This document shows positions 50,648-60,068 of a stretch of 64,000 nt of DNA, in pieces. Both the position numbers and the translations under genes were made by a program. Every line of letters starts with the position of its first letter. Positions within the stretch are counted from its first letter, which is position 1. The notes beneath the pieces are model-generated. The model searched no databases, had not been told where the DNA came from, and saw only the letters and a list, made by a program, of their open reading frames with translations. Origin of the DNA: Promethearchaeota archaeon (GTDB lineage Archaea > Asgardarchaeota > Lokiarchaeia > Sigyniarchaeales > SOKP01); the NCBI GenBank assembly GCA_048939995.1, contig JBHLOY010000009.1:1-64000 (forward strand), read 5' to 3'.

Positions 50648-50683
50648 TAGTAAAAATTTTTATGGTAAAAATCCTTTTTACTA
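50648..50683. promoter_or_regulatory. GTAAAAA/TTTTTAC inverted repeats upstream of the ArsR-ARPP-1 operon
   Basis: TAGTAAAAATTTTTATGGTAAAAATCCTTTTTACTA. Confidence 0.4.
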
Positions 50684-50822
50684 TAAAATTATATATTTAT
50701 TCGAGTATTTAAAGATTTGTATTTCGTTATCTTTAGTCTGAAGATTGATAAACCACCTTAGGTTCACTAATATTTAATTCTTTAATTATAATTATAATAT
50801 ATAAAGGTCTAAATAAGATAAT

Positions 50823-51326
50823 ATGAGGGATCTAATGTCAGATAATACCAAAAAGAATGAGGAACAAAAAAGGAGTGTTGCAGAAGATGAAGAAGACATT
50901 TTCAAATCTCTAAATCACAAAATTCGAAGAGATATTATTAAAATTGTAGGTAATAGGACCCTAAGTTTTACGGAAATTAAGACTCATTTAGAACCTATAG
51001 ATAGTCCAACTCTTTCTTACCATCTAAAAAGTTTACAATCTATGCTAAATCAAAAAGAAAATAAATATGAATTATCTGAAATTGGAGAAGCAGCAGTTAA
51101 TTTATTAAGTAAAACTGATCAATCAATTAGAATATCAAAATATAAAAAAAAATTCTTATATGCTTATTGTGTGACTGTAGTATGCTGGGTTAGTGCTTCA
51201 ACGTTAATACCTCTTATTTTAAGTTTAAATCTTGGAAATTTAACAGTCATTTTAGTCCAAATTGTTATTAGCATTATCTCTTCAATAAATTATATAATGA
51301 TCTGGACTTTAAGAAAAAAATCTTAG
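50823..51326 (+). CDS. Membrane-anchored ArsR-like wHTH regulator (HTH + 2 TM)
   Basis: IFKSLNHKIRRDII..LSFTEI..LSYHL followed by two C-terminal TM segments. Confidence 0.85.
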   Translation: MRDLMSDNTKKNEEQKRSVAEDEEDIFKSLNHKIRRDIIKIVGNRTLSFTEIKTHLEPIDSPTLSYHLKSLQSMLNQKENKYELSEIGEAAVNLLSKTDQSIRISKYKKKFLYAYCVTVVCWVSASTLIPLILSLNLGNLTVILVQIVISIISSINYIMIWTLRKKS

Positions 51327-51345
51327 TATATTTAATGTTAAAAAC

Positions 51346-51367
51346 TTAGTAAAAAAATTTTTACTAA
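51346..51367. promoter_or_regulatory. Inverted repeat upstream of the ABC operon
   Basis: TTAGTAAAAA-aa-TTTTTACTAA. Confidence 0.45.
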
Positions 51368-51429
51368 AACTCTCTTCACTGATTCATTAAAATTTCTCAA
51401 AATATACTTCTTAATTAACCAATTTTTGA

Positions 51430-52380
51430 GTGATTAAAATGAGTGTTGTTATTGAAACTAAAAATTTAACGAAAAATTTTGATGGGAGAATTGTTGTGGA
51501 TCATCTTAATCTTAGGATTTATCGTGGGGAAATACTCAGTTTGCTTGGTCCCAATGGTGCAGGTAAAACTACAACCATTAAAATGCTAACTACTATACTT
51601 AAACCTGATCAAGGTTCAGCATATATTAATAGATATGATATACAAAAAAATAAGAAAGATATCAGAAAATTAATTAGCATTGTACCTCAAGAGATAGTTT
51701 TATATGATGATTTATCAGGGTTAGAAAATCTCCTTTTTTTCGGTAAATTGCATAATATACCTATAAGTAAATTAAAAACCGAAGCTGAAAATATACTTAG
51801 GGCCCTAGGACTTGCAAAAAGAAGTGATAAAGTAAAGAATTATTCAGGAGGCCTTAAAAGGAGATTAAATTTTGGAATCTGCACTATTATGAATACTGAG
51901 ATATTATTTTTGGATGAACCTACAGCTGGTTTAGATCCTCAAGCACGGAATATTATATGGCAAATGATTAAAGATAAGAAGAAGGAAGGAAAAACTATCA
52001 TTTTAACAACACATGACATGTATGAAGCTGAAATATTGAGTGATAGAGTTCTGATTATTGATAATGGTAAAATTATTGCTGAAGGTTCACCAAATGAACT
52101 AAAAGATAGATATAGTGAACATAATATTTTAGAACTTAAATATAAGTTAAATAGCCCTAATTTAAAGAAAATACTGACAAGTTTAGATTTTGTGAGAGAT
52201 GTTATTATTAATGGTGATGTGAGCACAACTATTTATTTTGATGGAACTATGATTAACTTTATAGAAATTTTAAATCAAAAGATAATAAATGATGTATCTG
52301 AGCTTGAATATATGCGATTAAGACAGAATACTCTTGAAGATGTATTTTTAAAATTAACTGGAAGGAGGTTAAGAGAATAA
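51430..52380 (+). CDS. ABC-2 type exporter ATP-binding subunit
   Basis: GPNGAGKTT, YSGG, FLDEPT and TTH motifs. Confidence 0.95.
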   Translation: MIKMSVVIETKNLTKNFDGRIVVDHLNLRIYRGEILSLLGPNGAGKTTTIKMLTTILKPDQGSAYINRYDIQKNKKDIRKLISIVPQEIVLYDDLSGLENLLFFGKLHNIPISKLKTEAENILRALGLAKRSDKVKNYSGGLKRRLNFGICTIMNTEILFLDEPTAGLDPQARNIIWQMIKDKKKEGKTIILTTHDMYEAEILSDRVLIIDNGKIIAEGSPNELKDRYSEHNILELKYKLNSPNLKKILTSLDFVRDVIINGDVSTTIYFDGTMINFIEILNQKIINDVSELEYMRLRQNTLEDVFLKLTGRRLRE

Positions 52381-53207
52381 TGAAGATTCATTCTATAATT
52401 GAAATCACTATGAAAAACTTAAAGATAAGGTTGCGACAACGTCAAACATATTTCTTTTCTTTTGGATTTCCTTTAATCTTTACATTTGTTTTTTATTTTA
52501 TATTTGGAACGCAAGAAATTATTTCTGGGTTTTCACTTTTCACTCTTTCAATATCAGGTTTGCTTATCTACACAGCTTCTTTTGGAACAATAAACACGGC
52601 TGTAGTTTTTTGCTCTGAAAAACAAACAGGTACTTTAATCAGAATTGATACCACTCCCTGTAAAAGATCAAATATATTCATCGGTACGTTGTTATCGGAG
52701 TCATTTTTCTTAATGATTCAATTGATCATTATGTTTATAGTAGGCTACGGAATATTAAGGTTGAAATGGGGATATGATATCTCTAAAGGAGTGTTTAATC
52801 AGGATCTAATTCTATTGATAATAGGTTTTTTCATAGTATTTATATTTGGGCTCTCGACACTAGGATTAGGAATTATTATTTCTGCTTATGCTAAAACAGT
52901 AGAAGCAGGGTTAGGTATAGCTATGGTATATGTTATGCCTGTACTCTTTTTAAGCGGAGCAATGGTACCATTTGAAAATCCAATCGTTTATGCTTTTCCA
53001 CCATTCTGGGCTAATCAACTATATCAACAAGTTGTCATCTTAGGACATAATCTACTGACAGATTCACTATTAACTAATTCTGATAATATTTTAAATGCGG
53101 TCGCGACTAGAATTCCTTTGTGGGGTGCTTTGATCATAATTATTGCTTTTTTGGCTATCACACTAATGATCGGGATATTATTGTTTAATAAAAAAACACT
53201 TTCCTGA
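52380..53207 (+). CDS. ABC-2 type exporter permease
   Basis: EKQTGTL and FLSGAMVP motifs; about 6 TM segments; translational coupling. Confidence 0.92.
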   Translation: MKIHSIIEITMKNLKIRLRQRQTYFFSFGFPLIFTFVFYFIFGTQEIISGFSLFTLSISGLLIYTASFGTINTAVVFCSEKQTGTLIRIDTTPCKRSNIFIGTLLSESFFLMIQLIIMFIVGYGILRLKWGYDISKGVFNQDLILLIIGFFIVFIFGLSTLGLGIIISAYAKTVEAGLGIAMVYVMPVLFLSGAMVPFENPIVYAFPPFWANQLYQQVVILGHNLLTDSLLTNSDNILNAVATRIPLWGALIIIIAFLAITLMIGILLFNKKTLS

Positions 53208-53220
53208 TTTTTCCTTAAAA

Positions 53221-54597
53221 TTAGCTTTTTCTAATAAATTCTAAATATATTTTATTAAAAAGTGATTTTTCTTGTTCTCTCCATTTTTCAAATGGTTTAA
53301 CACTATTAGGATAGTTTTTGTAGAGAGTAGTGACTTTATTCATATAATTCTTTAGGGATTTTAATTCAAGTAATAATCTTGGTCGAGTGATTCCCCTAAG
53401 GGATTTCTTAATTATTGCTTTAAAATCTAAATCTAACTCCCCTTGAAACCAAAGTTTACTTATATCACTACTGGTTAAAATTTTCTTTTTAATGACGAGA
53501 TTTAGATATTTTGAAGGCTTATATTGAAAGAATAGTCTTATGATGTCTGAAGCAGCATGTTTTGCTCCAAAATCAGACATAATTATAGAATTGTATTCCC
53601 ATAAGGTATTTAGGGATGGATCATTTGCATAAATGGCCTTTTCAGCTACATTAGCGGCATAGTAGCCAGCTCTCATTCCAACATCAATGCCTCCGCCATT
53701 AGCAGGGTGTACATGACATGCCGCATCTCCAATAAACATGATTCCATTATCAGCGCAGGATGGTAATGGTCTTCTTAAAGGTACAAGGCATCCTGCTGAA
53801 GAAATTATATTAATGTTAGTTTGGGGAATAAAGTAATCAAAAACGTATTTTTTAAAGTACTGCTTTATTGATGACTTATATTGTAAGAAAGTTCCTAGAC
53901 CAATATTGATAGTATTTTCACTTTTAGGAAAATACCAAATGAATCCTCCTGGAGATCGTTTATCGGGGTCAATAATTAGGGTACAATAATCCAAATCCTG
54001 AGGTAATTTCATTTCAGAAGGAAGCTTAATTATGCTACGATAGCATAGTACAAGATCTCTCTTAGAAATTTCGTTTAATATAAAAGTGCTTTTTATTTTT
54101 CTTCTTAATGTAGAATGATAACCGCTCGCATCAATGACAACTTTTGCCTTCAAATCAATTTTTGAACCATTTTTAAGCCTGACTTTAATACCATCAACAC
54201 CTTGCTTATTATAAGTCAGATTTATAGCTCTTGTCTTTTCTAAAAACTGGTCAACACCAGCATTTATTGCCTCGTTGAGCAATCTTTGGCCAAACTTTAA
54301 CCGATCAACAAGATACAATGGTGTTTTTATTGTTAATGAACTTTTTTGATCAGGTGAGTAAAGTCGAAAACCACATTTAAGGCTTAATAATTCTTCTTCG
54401 GGAGGATTGATATGCAAAAAATCAAAGATCGTCGCAAGGACAGCATCACCACAAATCTTATTTCCTATATCATTTTTGGCATTACTATCAATTAAGCAAA
54501 CATTTAAATGTTTTTGAGCAGCAAATTTGGCCGCAATTGCCCCTGATGTTCCAGCACCAACAACAATTACATCGAAGCTAGGTGTTACATTCTCCAT
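53221..54597 (-). CDS. Geranylgeranyl reductase family (DGGGPL reductase-like)
   Basis: GAGTSG, KICGD, DASG, GFIWYFP and GDAA..P..GGGI motifs. Confidence 0.9.
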   Translation of the reverse strand: MENVTPSFDVIVVGAGTSGAIAAKFAAQKHLNVCLIDSNAKNDIGNKICGDAVLATIFDFLHINPPEEELLSLKCGFRLYSPDQKSSLTIKTPLYLVDRLKFGQRLLNEAINAGVDQFLEKTRAINLTYNKQGVDGIKVRLKNGSKIDLKAKVVIDASGYHSTLRRKIKSTFILNEISKRDLVLCYRSIIKLPSEMKLPQDLDYCTLIIDPDKRSPGGFIWYFPKSENTINIGLGTFLQYKSSIKQYFKKYVFDYFIPQTNINIISSAGCLVPLRRPLPSCADNGIMFIGDAACHVHPANGGGIDVGMRAGYYAANVAEKAIYANDPSLNTLWEYNSIIMSDFGAKHAASDIIRLFFQYKPSKYLNLVIKKKILTSSDISKLWFQGELDLDFKAIIKKSLRGITRPRLLLELKSLKNYMNKVTTLYKNYPNSVKPFEKWREQEKSLFNKIYLEFIRKS

Positions 54598-54706
54598 GTT
54601 ATTTTATATAAATCCATATTAAAAATAAATAACTTGCAGTATTACAAAATTTAATTGGAATTAAATATTTTCAGCTTAATTCAATCTAATTAAAGAGGTG
54701 AATTGA

Positions 54707-56419
54707 ATTAAAAACAATGAGATCGCTGCTATGCTTTCCAAAATCGCAGACCTTTTAGAACTACAAGGAGTTCAATTCAAACCAATGGCATATCGACGAG
54801 CTGCTGGGAATATTCAAGAGTTATCGGAAGACATTGAAGAAATCTATAAAAAAGGAATGGTAGAAGAAATTGAGGGTGTGGGGAAGAGTATTGCTTCTAG
54901 AATAAGTGAATACCTTAAGACTGGAAGAGTTGAGTATTTAGAACAATTAAGAGAGGAACTTCCTGAGGGCATGGAACAATTAGTAGAAGTCGAAGGGATT
55001 GGCCCCAAAACTGCTTTTAGGTTAAGTAAAGAATTTGGATTCAAAACAGTTGAAGAACTAGAAAAAGCAATTAATAATGGAACTCTTGAGGGATTATCAG
55101 GGTTTGGGAAAAAAAAAGCACAAAATATTCTACGAGGAATTGAGTTATATAAAGCCTCAAAAGGTAAGCTTTTGTTAGTAGATATCTTACCAATAGCTAA
55201 TTCCATAGAAAAACAGTTGAGGAAACTAAATTTCATTCAAGAATTAAATGTTGCAGGTTCAATAAGGAGAAAGAAAGAAACAATTCGTGATATCGATATA
55301 CTTGTAAGCACAAATGAACCAATTAAAGTGATGGATGCTTTCACTAATCTTAAAGATGTGAAAGACATAATCTCAAAAGGAGAAGATAAATGTACTGTAA
55401 CTTTATACAATAATATTCAGGTGGATTTAAGAGCTATAAATAAAAATAGTTACGGATCGGCTTTGTTGTACTTTACTGGTTCAAAAGAACATAATATAAA
55501 ATTACGAAAGATTGCTCGGAAAAAAAATTGGAAGTTGAATGAATATGGTCTTTTTGATAATGCTACTAATGATAAATTAGCGGGAACAGAAGAATTAGAA
55601 CTATATAACAAATTAGGATTAGATTACATAGTCCCTGAATTGCGAGAGGAACGAGGAGAAATTGAAGCTGCTGCAGCTGGAACATTGCCTAAGTTGGTTG
55701 AGCGGAATGAAATCAAAGGGGACCTTCACATTCATAGTAAATGGAGTGATGGGATGAATACTATTGAGGAACTGTGTAAAGAAGCAATAAAGTACGGCTA
55801 TGAATATATAGCCATTTGTGATCATTCTCATGGACTGCCGGTAGTAAAAGGCTTAAATGAGAGTGATATTCGAAAACAAATGAAGGAAATCGAACTGATA
55901 AATCGTAAAACCGACAACCTCACAGTTTTATCTGGAATCGAGTTAAATATTGATAAAGATGGAGGATTAGACATAAAAGATAACGTGTTAAAAGATTTAG
56001 ACGTAGTGATAGCAAGTGTCCATTCTGGCTTTAAAGCTGATGAAAAAGCTATTACAGAAAGAGTGATAAAAGCAATGCATAATGATTATATAACCATCTT
56101 AGGACACCCCTCAGGAAGAATAATCAATAGAAGATCTCCTTTGCAACTGAATTTGATAAAAGTATTTGAAAATGCTGTAGAATTAGGAACAATCATGGAG
56201 ATTAACGCCTATCCTGATCGGCTTGATCTTTCAGATGTGAATTGTTATAAGGCACGTGAATTCAACCTTAAATTTTCGATAAATACAGATACTCATCGGT
56301 TAGATGAGCTTGGCTTTATTGATTTTGGAGTATTTACAGCACGGAGAGGCTGGTTAGAGCAAAAAGATGTCGTAAACACACTCTCGAATAAAGATTTAAA
56401 GAAAATCATTAATCTTTAA
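54707..56419 (+). CDS. polX: DNA polymerase X / PHP exonuclease
   Basis: AYRRAA, GSIRR, RDIDIL, FTGSKEHN; PHP motifs HIHS.WSDG, DHS and NTDTH. Start extended to ATT at 54707 (SD GAGGTGA; restores xKNNEIAA). Confidence 0.95.
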   Translation: MKNNEIAAMLSKIADLLELQGVQFKPMAYRRAAGNIQELSEDIEEIYKKGMVEEIEGVGKSIASRISEYLKTGRVEYLEQLREELPEGMEQLVEVEGIGPKTAFRLSKEFGFKTVEELEKAINNGTLEGLSGFGKKKAQNILRGIELYKASKGKLLLVDILPIANSIEKQLRKLNFIQELNVAGSIRRKKETIRDIDILVSTNEPIKVMDAFTNLKDVKDIISKGEDKCTVTLYNNIQVDLRAINKNSYGSALLYFTGSKEHNIKLRKIARKKNWKLNEYGLFDNATNDKLAGTEELELYNKLGLDYIVPELREERGEIEAAAAGTLPKLVERNEIKGDLHIHSKWSDGMNTIEELCKEAIKYGYEYIAICDHSHGLPVVKGLNESDIRKQMKEIELINRKTDNLTVLSGIELNIDKDGGLDIKDNVLKDLDVVIASVHSGFKADEKAITERVIKAMHNDYITILGHPSGRIINRRSPLQLNLIKVFENAVELGTIMEINAYPDRLDLSDVNCYKAREFNLKFSINTDTHRLDELGFIDFGVFTARRGWLEQKDVVNTLSNKDLKKIINL

Positions 56420-56538
56420 TCTTTTATTAAAGACTCATTGTCTCATATCCATGAGAATTAATAGAAAATAAATGTAAATTTCATTTAATTTGGATGCATT
56501 GTAAAATCAACAGATATTGATTTTATTGTGATATATGA

Positions 56539-57006
56539 ATGTCCAACCTAGATAAAGAGAAATTACATGTAAGTTGTAAGGAGTCTTTAGAGCCCGAAAA
56601 AGAGTTTATTCCTCGTAAATATACTCTAACTCACTCAGATAAAACAGGAGACTTGTTTTTAACGGTTGATTGTGATTATGATTATGAGCAAATCTCGGGC
56701 TTATATACTCGATTTATGAGAGATGAAGTAGTGGCGGAATGGAAGAAGGATCAGGATCAGTATAGACTGCATGTTTATGTTCATGTTAGTGGAGGTTTAG
56801 TTTTTGGTTGGGCAAGCATGAGGTATAGGATATTTCAGCACCATATGCCTTTAGTTCTTAAAACAATTCGAAATGGAGATTATAGATTATTTGAATTATT
56901 TCCCGAGTTAGATCAATCTCCGATTTTTATCCACTTTGAATCAAATCGAAAGAAATATAATAAAATTGAAAGATTTGGGATTCTAAAGGATTATATTCAA
57001 CATTAA
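56539..57006 (+). CDS. Staygreen (SGR) family protein, Mg-dechelatase homolog
   Basis: PRKYTLTHSD.TG.LFL, RDEVVAEW, LHVYVHVSGG and RY.IF...MPLVL..I..GD motifs. Confidence 0.92.
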   Translation: MSNLDKEKLHVSCKESLEPEKEFIPRKYTLTHSDKTGDLFLTVDCDYDYEQISGLYTRFMRDEVVAEWKKDQDQYRLHVYVHVSGGLVFGWASMRYRIFQHHMPLVLKTIRNGDYRLFELFPELDQSPIFIHFESNRKKYNKIERFGILKDYIQH

Positions 57007-57443
57007 TTTTCTGTATTTTCCTTATTTTGAGATTCCTCAACTTCACAGTAACAATTAGGAGCGTTAGTTATTTCAACACCACAATTACACGTTTTAGGAT
57101 GATTATATTTTTCACAGATCTTATTAATTGTGTTACACGAGAATAAAAGATTAAATTTCTCACTTTCAAGATGAGCTTGTTCAACTGTTAGACCTAATTC
57201 ATTATAAAGGAATAATTCAAGTAAATGAGCATGTCGAGCTAATTCAATTGCTAAATTTTTCCCTTTTTTGGTGAGTTCAACCTCTTGATATCTTTTGTAG
57301 CATACTAGTCCTACTTCTTCCAACCTTTTAACAGAACTTCCAACTGTAGAGTGAGCCATATTTAAATGCTTAGCAATATATCCAACTTTTTGCTTTTGTA
57401 TTTTATCTATGTATCGCAATACTTTGTAATCAATCTCTTGCAT
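57003..57443 (-). CDS. DtxR/MntR family metal-dependent regulator
   Basis: IA..LN....TV...VKRL, LT.KG, RH..LLE.FL...LG and P..C..G motifs. Confidence 0.9.
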   Translation of the reverse strand: MQEIDYKVLRYIDKIQKQKVGYIAKHLNMAHSTVGSSVKRLEEVGLVCYKRYQEVELTKKGKNLAIELARHAHLLELFLYNELGLTVEQAHLESEKFNLLFSCNTINKICEKYNHPKTCNCGVEITNAPNCYCEVEESQNKENTEN

Positions 57444-57472
57444 TTTTTAAAACCTTATGAATTTCTTTTGTG

Positions 57473-58228
57473 TTAATGCTGATGTCCAAAGAGTATAATA
57501 GTTAATGCCATTGTTATAATGCCTATCAAGATTAAAAGAATTTGACGTACAATGTGCTTAACTTCAGTTTTTTTGTGTAATTCTGGAGTTAGATCTGTTA
57601 ATGCTATATATATAAAACTGGCTGAGGAAATTGCTAATAAATAAGGAACCGCTACAGAGAATACCCCTAATACATAGAAGCTTATAATAGCTGAGGGAAT
57701 TGTTGAAAGACTAGAAAGTGCATTAAGCAGAAGCGCTTTTTTTCTTGAATAACCTTGATGGAGCAAGATTCCAAAGTCTCCCGTTTCTTGGGGGATTTCA
57801 TGAATTAGTACAGAAACTCCGACTACAATTCCGATTGAGAAATTGGTTAAAAATCCTGCAGCTATGACAATTCCATCAGTAAAATTATGGAATGCATCAC
57901 CTACTAACACAAGGGGACCAGCAGCACTATGCACTTCACAAGCATCGCTTTGACAATTACGCCATATTATAATTTTCTCTAAGATAAAAAAGAACAGAAC
58001 CCCTCCTAAAACAAATAACATTATGAAATGAGGTTCTCCACCTGAACTTTCTATTGCTTCAGGGATTAAACCAAATAGAGAGGCTGTAAGTAATATCCCT
58101 ATGGCGTATGAAATCAAAATAGATACAAGAATTTTCTGAAGCTTTTCACTTAATAAAATGAAACCAGCAGCGGCACATATGGCACCTAGACTACCTAAAA
58201 TACTGAAAAGTAAAATCCAACCTAGAAT
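57473..58228 (-). CDS. ZIP family metal transporter
   Basis: HNFTDG and HEIPQETGDF motifs. The frame extends 5' of the TTG call through TM1 to ATT at 58228, behind SD AGGAGGT. Confidence 0.92.
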   Translation of the reverse strand: MLGWILLFSILGSLGAICAAAGFILLSEKLQKILVSILISYAIGILLTASLFGLIPEAIESSGGEPHFIMLFVLGGVLFFFILEKIIIWRNCQSDACEVHSAAGPLVLVGDAFHNFTDGIVIAAGFLTNFSIGIVVGVSVLIHEIPQETGDFGILLHQGYSRKKALLLNALSSLSTIPSAIISFYVLGVFSVAVPYLLAISSASFIYIALTDLTPELHKKTEVKHIVRQILLILIGIITMALTIILFGHQH

Positions 58229-58293
58229 TTTAAAATTTACCTCCTAAAAAGCATCTATTTATAATGCCATTAAGTTTTAATATATTTTAAATT

Positions 58294-58309
58294 TTACGAG
58301 ACATCGTAA
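58294..58309. promoter_or_regulatory. Palindromic operator upstream of the ZIP-DtxR operon
   Basis: TTACGA-gaca-TCGTAA, GC-containing in an AT-rich spacer. Confidence 0.55.
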
Positions 58310-58383
58310 TTTTTATTTTATAAAAAAAAAGCTGAAAGATAATAAAGCTTTAATGGATTGGATTAATCTTTATTTTTTGAGAA

Positions 58384-59199
58384 ATGGATAAAAAAGAGAT
58401 TATTTCTGATTATAAAATAATTATTGGGGATATTTTAGACGTTTTAGATCAATATAAATCTTGGTTTGATTTAATCATTGCTGACCCTCCCTTTGGTATT
58501 GATTTTGATAAAAGCTACCATGAATATGGTGCGGAAGGTTTTATTCTGTATGATGATAAATTTGAGGGCAATGATTATGAAGAATTTTCATATGATTGGA
58601 TTTCCAAATGCTATGACGCTCTTAAGCCAAATGGGGCTATGTATATTATTAGTGGCTGGACTAATTTGGATAGGATTCTTAATGCAATCAAAAAAACAAA
58701 ATTCATATTAAAGAATCATATCATCTGGTTTTATGAATGGGGTGTGTTTGCAAATAAGAAATATATTACAAGCCATTATCATATTCCATTTCTTGTGAAA
58801 GATGAAAAAAAGTATACATTTAACCCACAATATTCGAATCCAAAGACTAAGAGGAAAGGGTTCAAATATGAAAAAGATGTGTGGTATTGGCCTAAATATA
58901 ATAGAGGAAATGATCCAGAACACATCAAAGGACATCCTTGTCAATTACCAATATTTTTAATGAAAAAAATGATCAAAATTTCCTCACTTCCAGGAGATTG
59001 GGTAGCAGATCTATTTTCTGGAAGCGGAGGTACTTTATTGGCATGTAGAGAATTAGGACGTAATTGCATTTCGATTGAAAAGAATCCAGATTATCTTGAA
59101 ATTATAAATAAAAAAGCTAAAATAAAACAAAATATTATCTATAAACCTCCTGAAAGTGAAAAAACTTTACAAACCGGATTAAATAATTTTAAATTATAA
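58384..59199 (+). CDS. Orphan N4/N6 DNA methyltransferase (beta class)
   Basis: IADPPF precedes HPCQLP and DLFSGSGGT. Confidence 0.92.
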   Translation: MDKKEIISDYKIIIGDILDVLDQYKSWFDLIIADPPFGIDFDKSYHEYGAEGFILYDDKFEGNDYEEFSYDWISKCYDALKPNGAMYIISGWTNLDRILNAIKKTKFILKNHIIWFYEWGVFANKKYITSHYHIPFLVKDEKKYTFNPQYSNPKTKRKGFKYEKDVWYWPKYNRGNDPEHIKGHPCQLPIFLMKKMIKISSLPGDWVADLFSGSGGTLLACRELGRNCISIEKNPDYLEIINKKAKIKQNIIYKPPESEKTLQTGLNNFKL

Positions 59200-59213
59200 T
59201 TCAATTATATATA

Positions 59214-59537
59214 TTGGTTCAGATGATGGTTGAATTTTCTAAGAAAGTAAAAGAATTAATAAAGCAAATACCTTATGGAAAAGTTGCAACTTATGGTCAA
59301 ATTGCTGCTCTTGCGGGAAATCCTAGAGGCGCACGACAAGTGTCTTGGATTTTACATTCTTGTACGAAAAAGGATAACTTACCGTGGCATCGAGTTATTA
59401 ATAGTAAAGGAGGTATTTCTTTGCCTATTGGTGGTGGTTATGAAACACAAAGGAGCCTTTTGGAGTTAGAAGGAATTTCCTTTAAAGCAAATAATTCAAT
59501 AGATTTAAATGTTTATCTTTGGAATTTTAAAGTGTAG
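59214..59537 (+). CDS. Alkyltransferase-like protein (ATL, MGMT family)
   Basis: IPYGKVATYGQIA and PWHRV (Trp replaces the catalytic Cys). Confidence 0.92.
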   Translation: MVQMMVEFSKKVKELIKQIPYGKVATYGQIAALAGNPRGARQVSWILHSCTKKDNLPWHRVINSKGGISLPIGGGYETQRSLLELEGISFKANNSIDLNVYLWNFKV

Positions 59538-59555
59538 ATTTTCACAGATAATCAG

Positions 59556-60068
59556 TCATTTAAAATAGAACTGGAATTTCCTATAACATGAATTCTCTTC
59601 CTTCATCATGCAACCATTAATTTGTGGGGCTATATCATACTCAATATTTAATTCATCAAACCATCCTTTAAGCCGTTGAAAGATACCACAACTATATTTT
59701 TCTATATAACCCATTCGCACAATCCCATCATATGCAAAACATTTATTCATAGTGAAGATTAATATATTTTTAGCCGGGAATTCAAATTTGAAATCCATAA
59801 AATCTGCTTTTACCACAGAGAATATTATCCTCATGACTTTTTTGAACTCTTCAAAAGATTCAAGTTGTTTTATCCCAATTGCTTTCTTAAACCTTTGCAT
59901 TTCAATTTTAGCCATTGATTTTACTGCCGCTTTGTTAATTTTGTTGGTTTTTTCAATTCCACACTCTTTAGCACAATGATAAAACCACATTCCATCATGA
60001 GTCATCCAATTTTTGATTAAAATTTCTTTTACCTGCTTAAATTCCAAATTTGGGCTTAACTTTTCCAT
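59556..60068 (-). CDS. DUF6125-like (V4R/H-NOX-related fold) protein
   Basis: WMTHDGMWF, C, CG...R..GW and C..C patterns; start moved to the ATG after SD GGTGA. Confidence 0.75.
   Translation of the reverse strand: MEKLSPNLEFKQVKEILIKNWMTHDGMWFYHCAKECGIEKTNKINKAAVKSMAKIEMQRFKKAIGIKQLESFEEFKKVMRIIFSVVKADFMDFKFEFPAKNILIFTMNKCFAYDGIVRMGYIEKYSCGIFQRLKGWFDELNIEYDIAPQINGCMMKEENSCYRKFQFYFK

Noticed and set aside
58384-59537. Second R-M system
   Set aside because: The beta-class MTase neighbours are ZIP and ATL genes, with no endonuclease; treated as an orphan.
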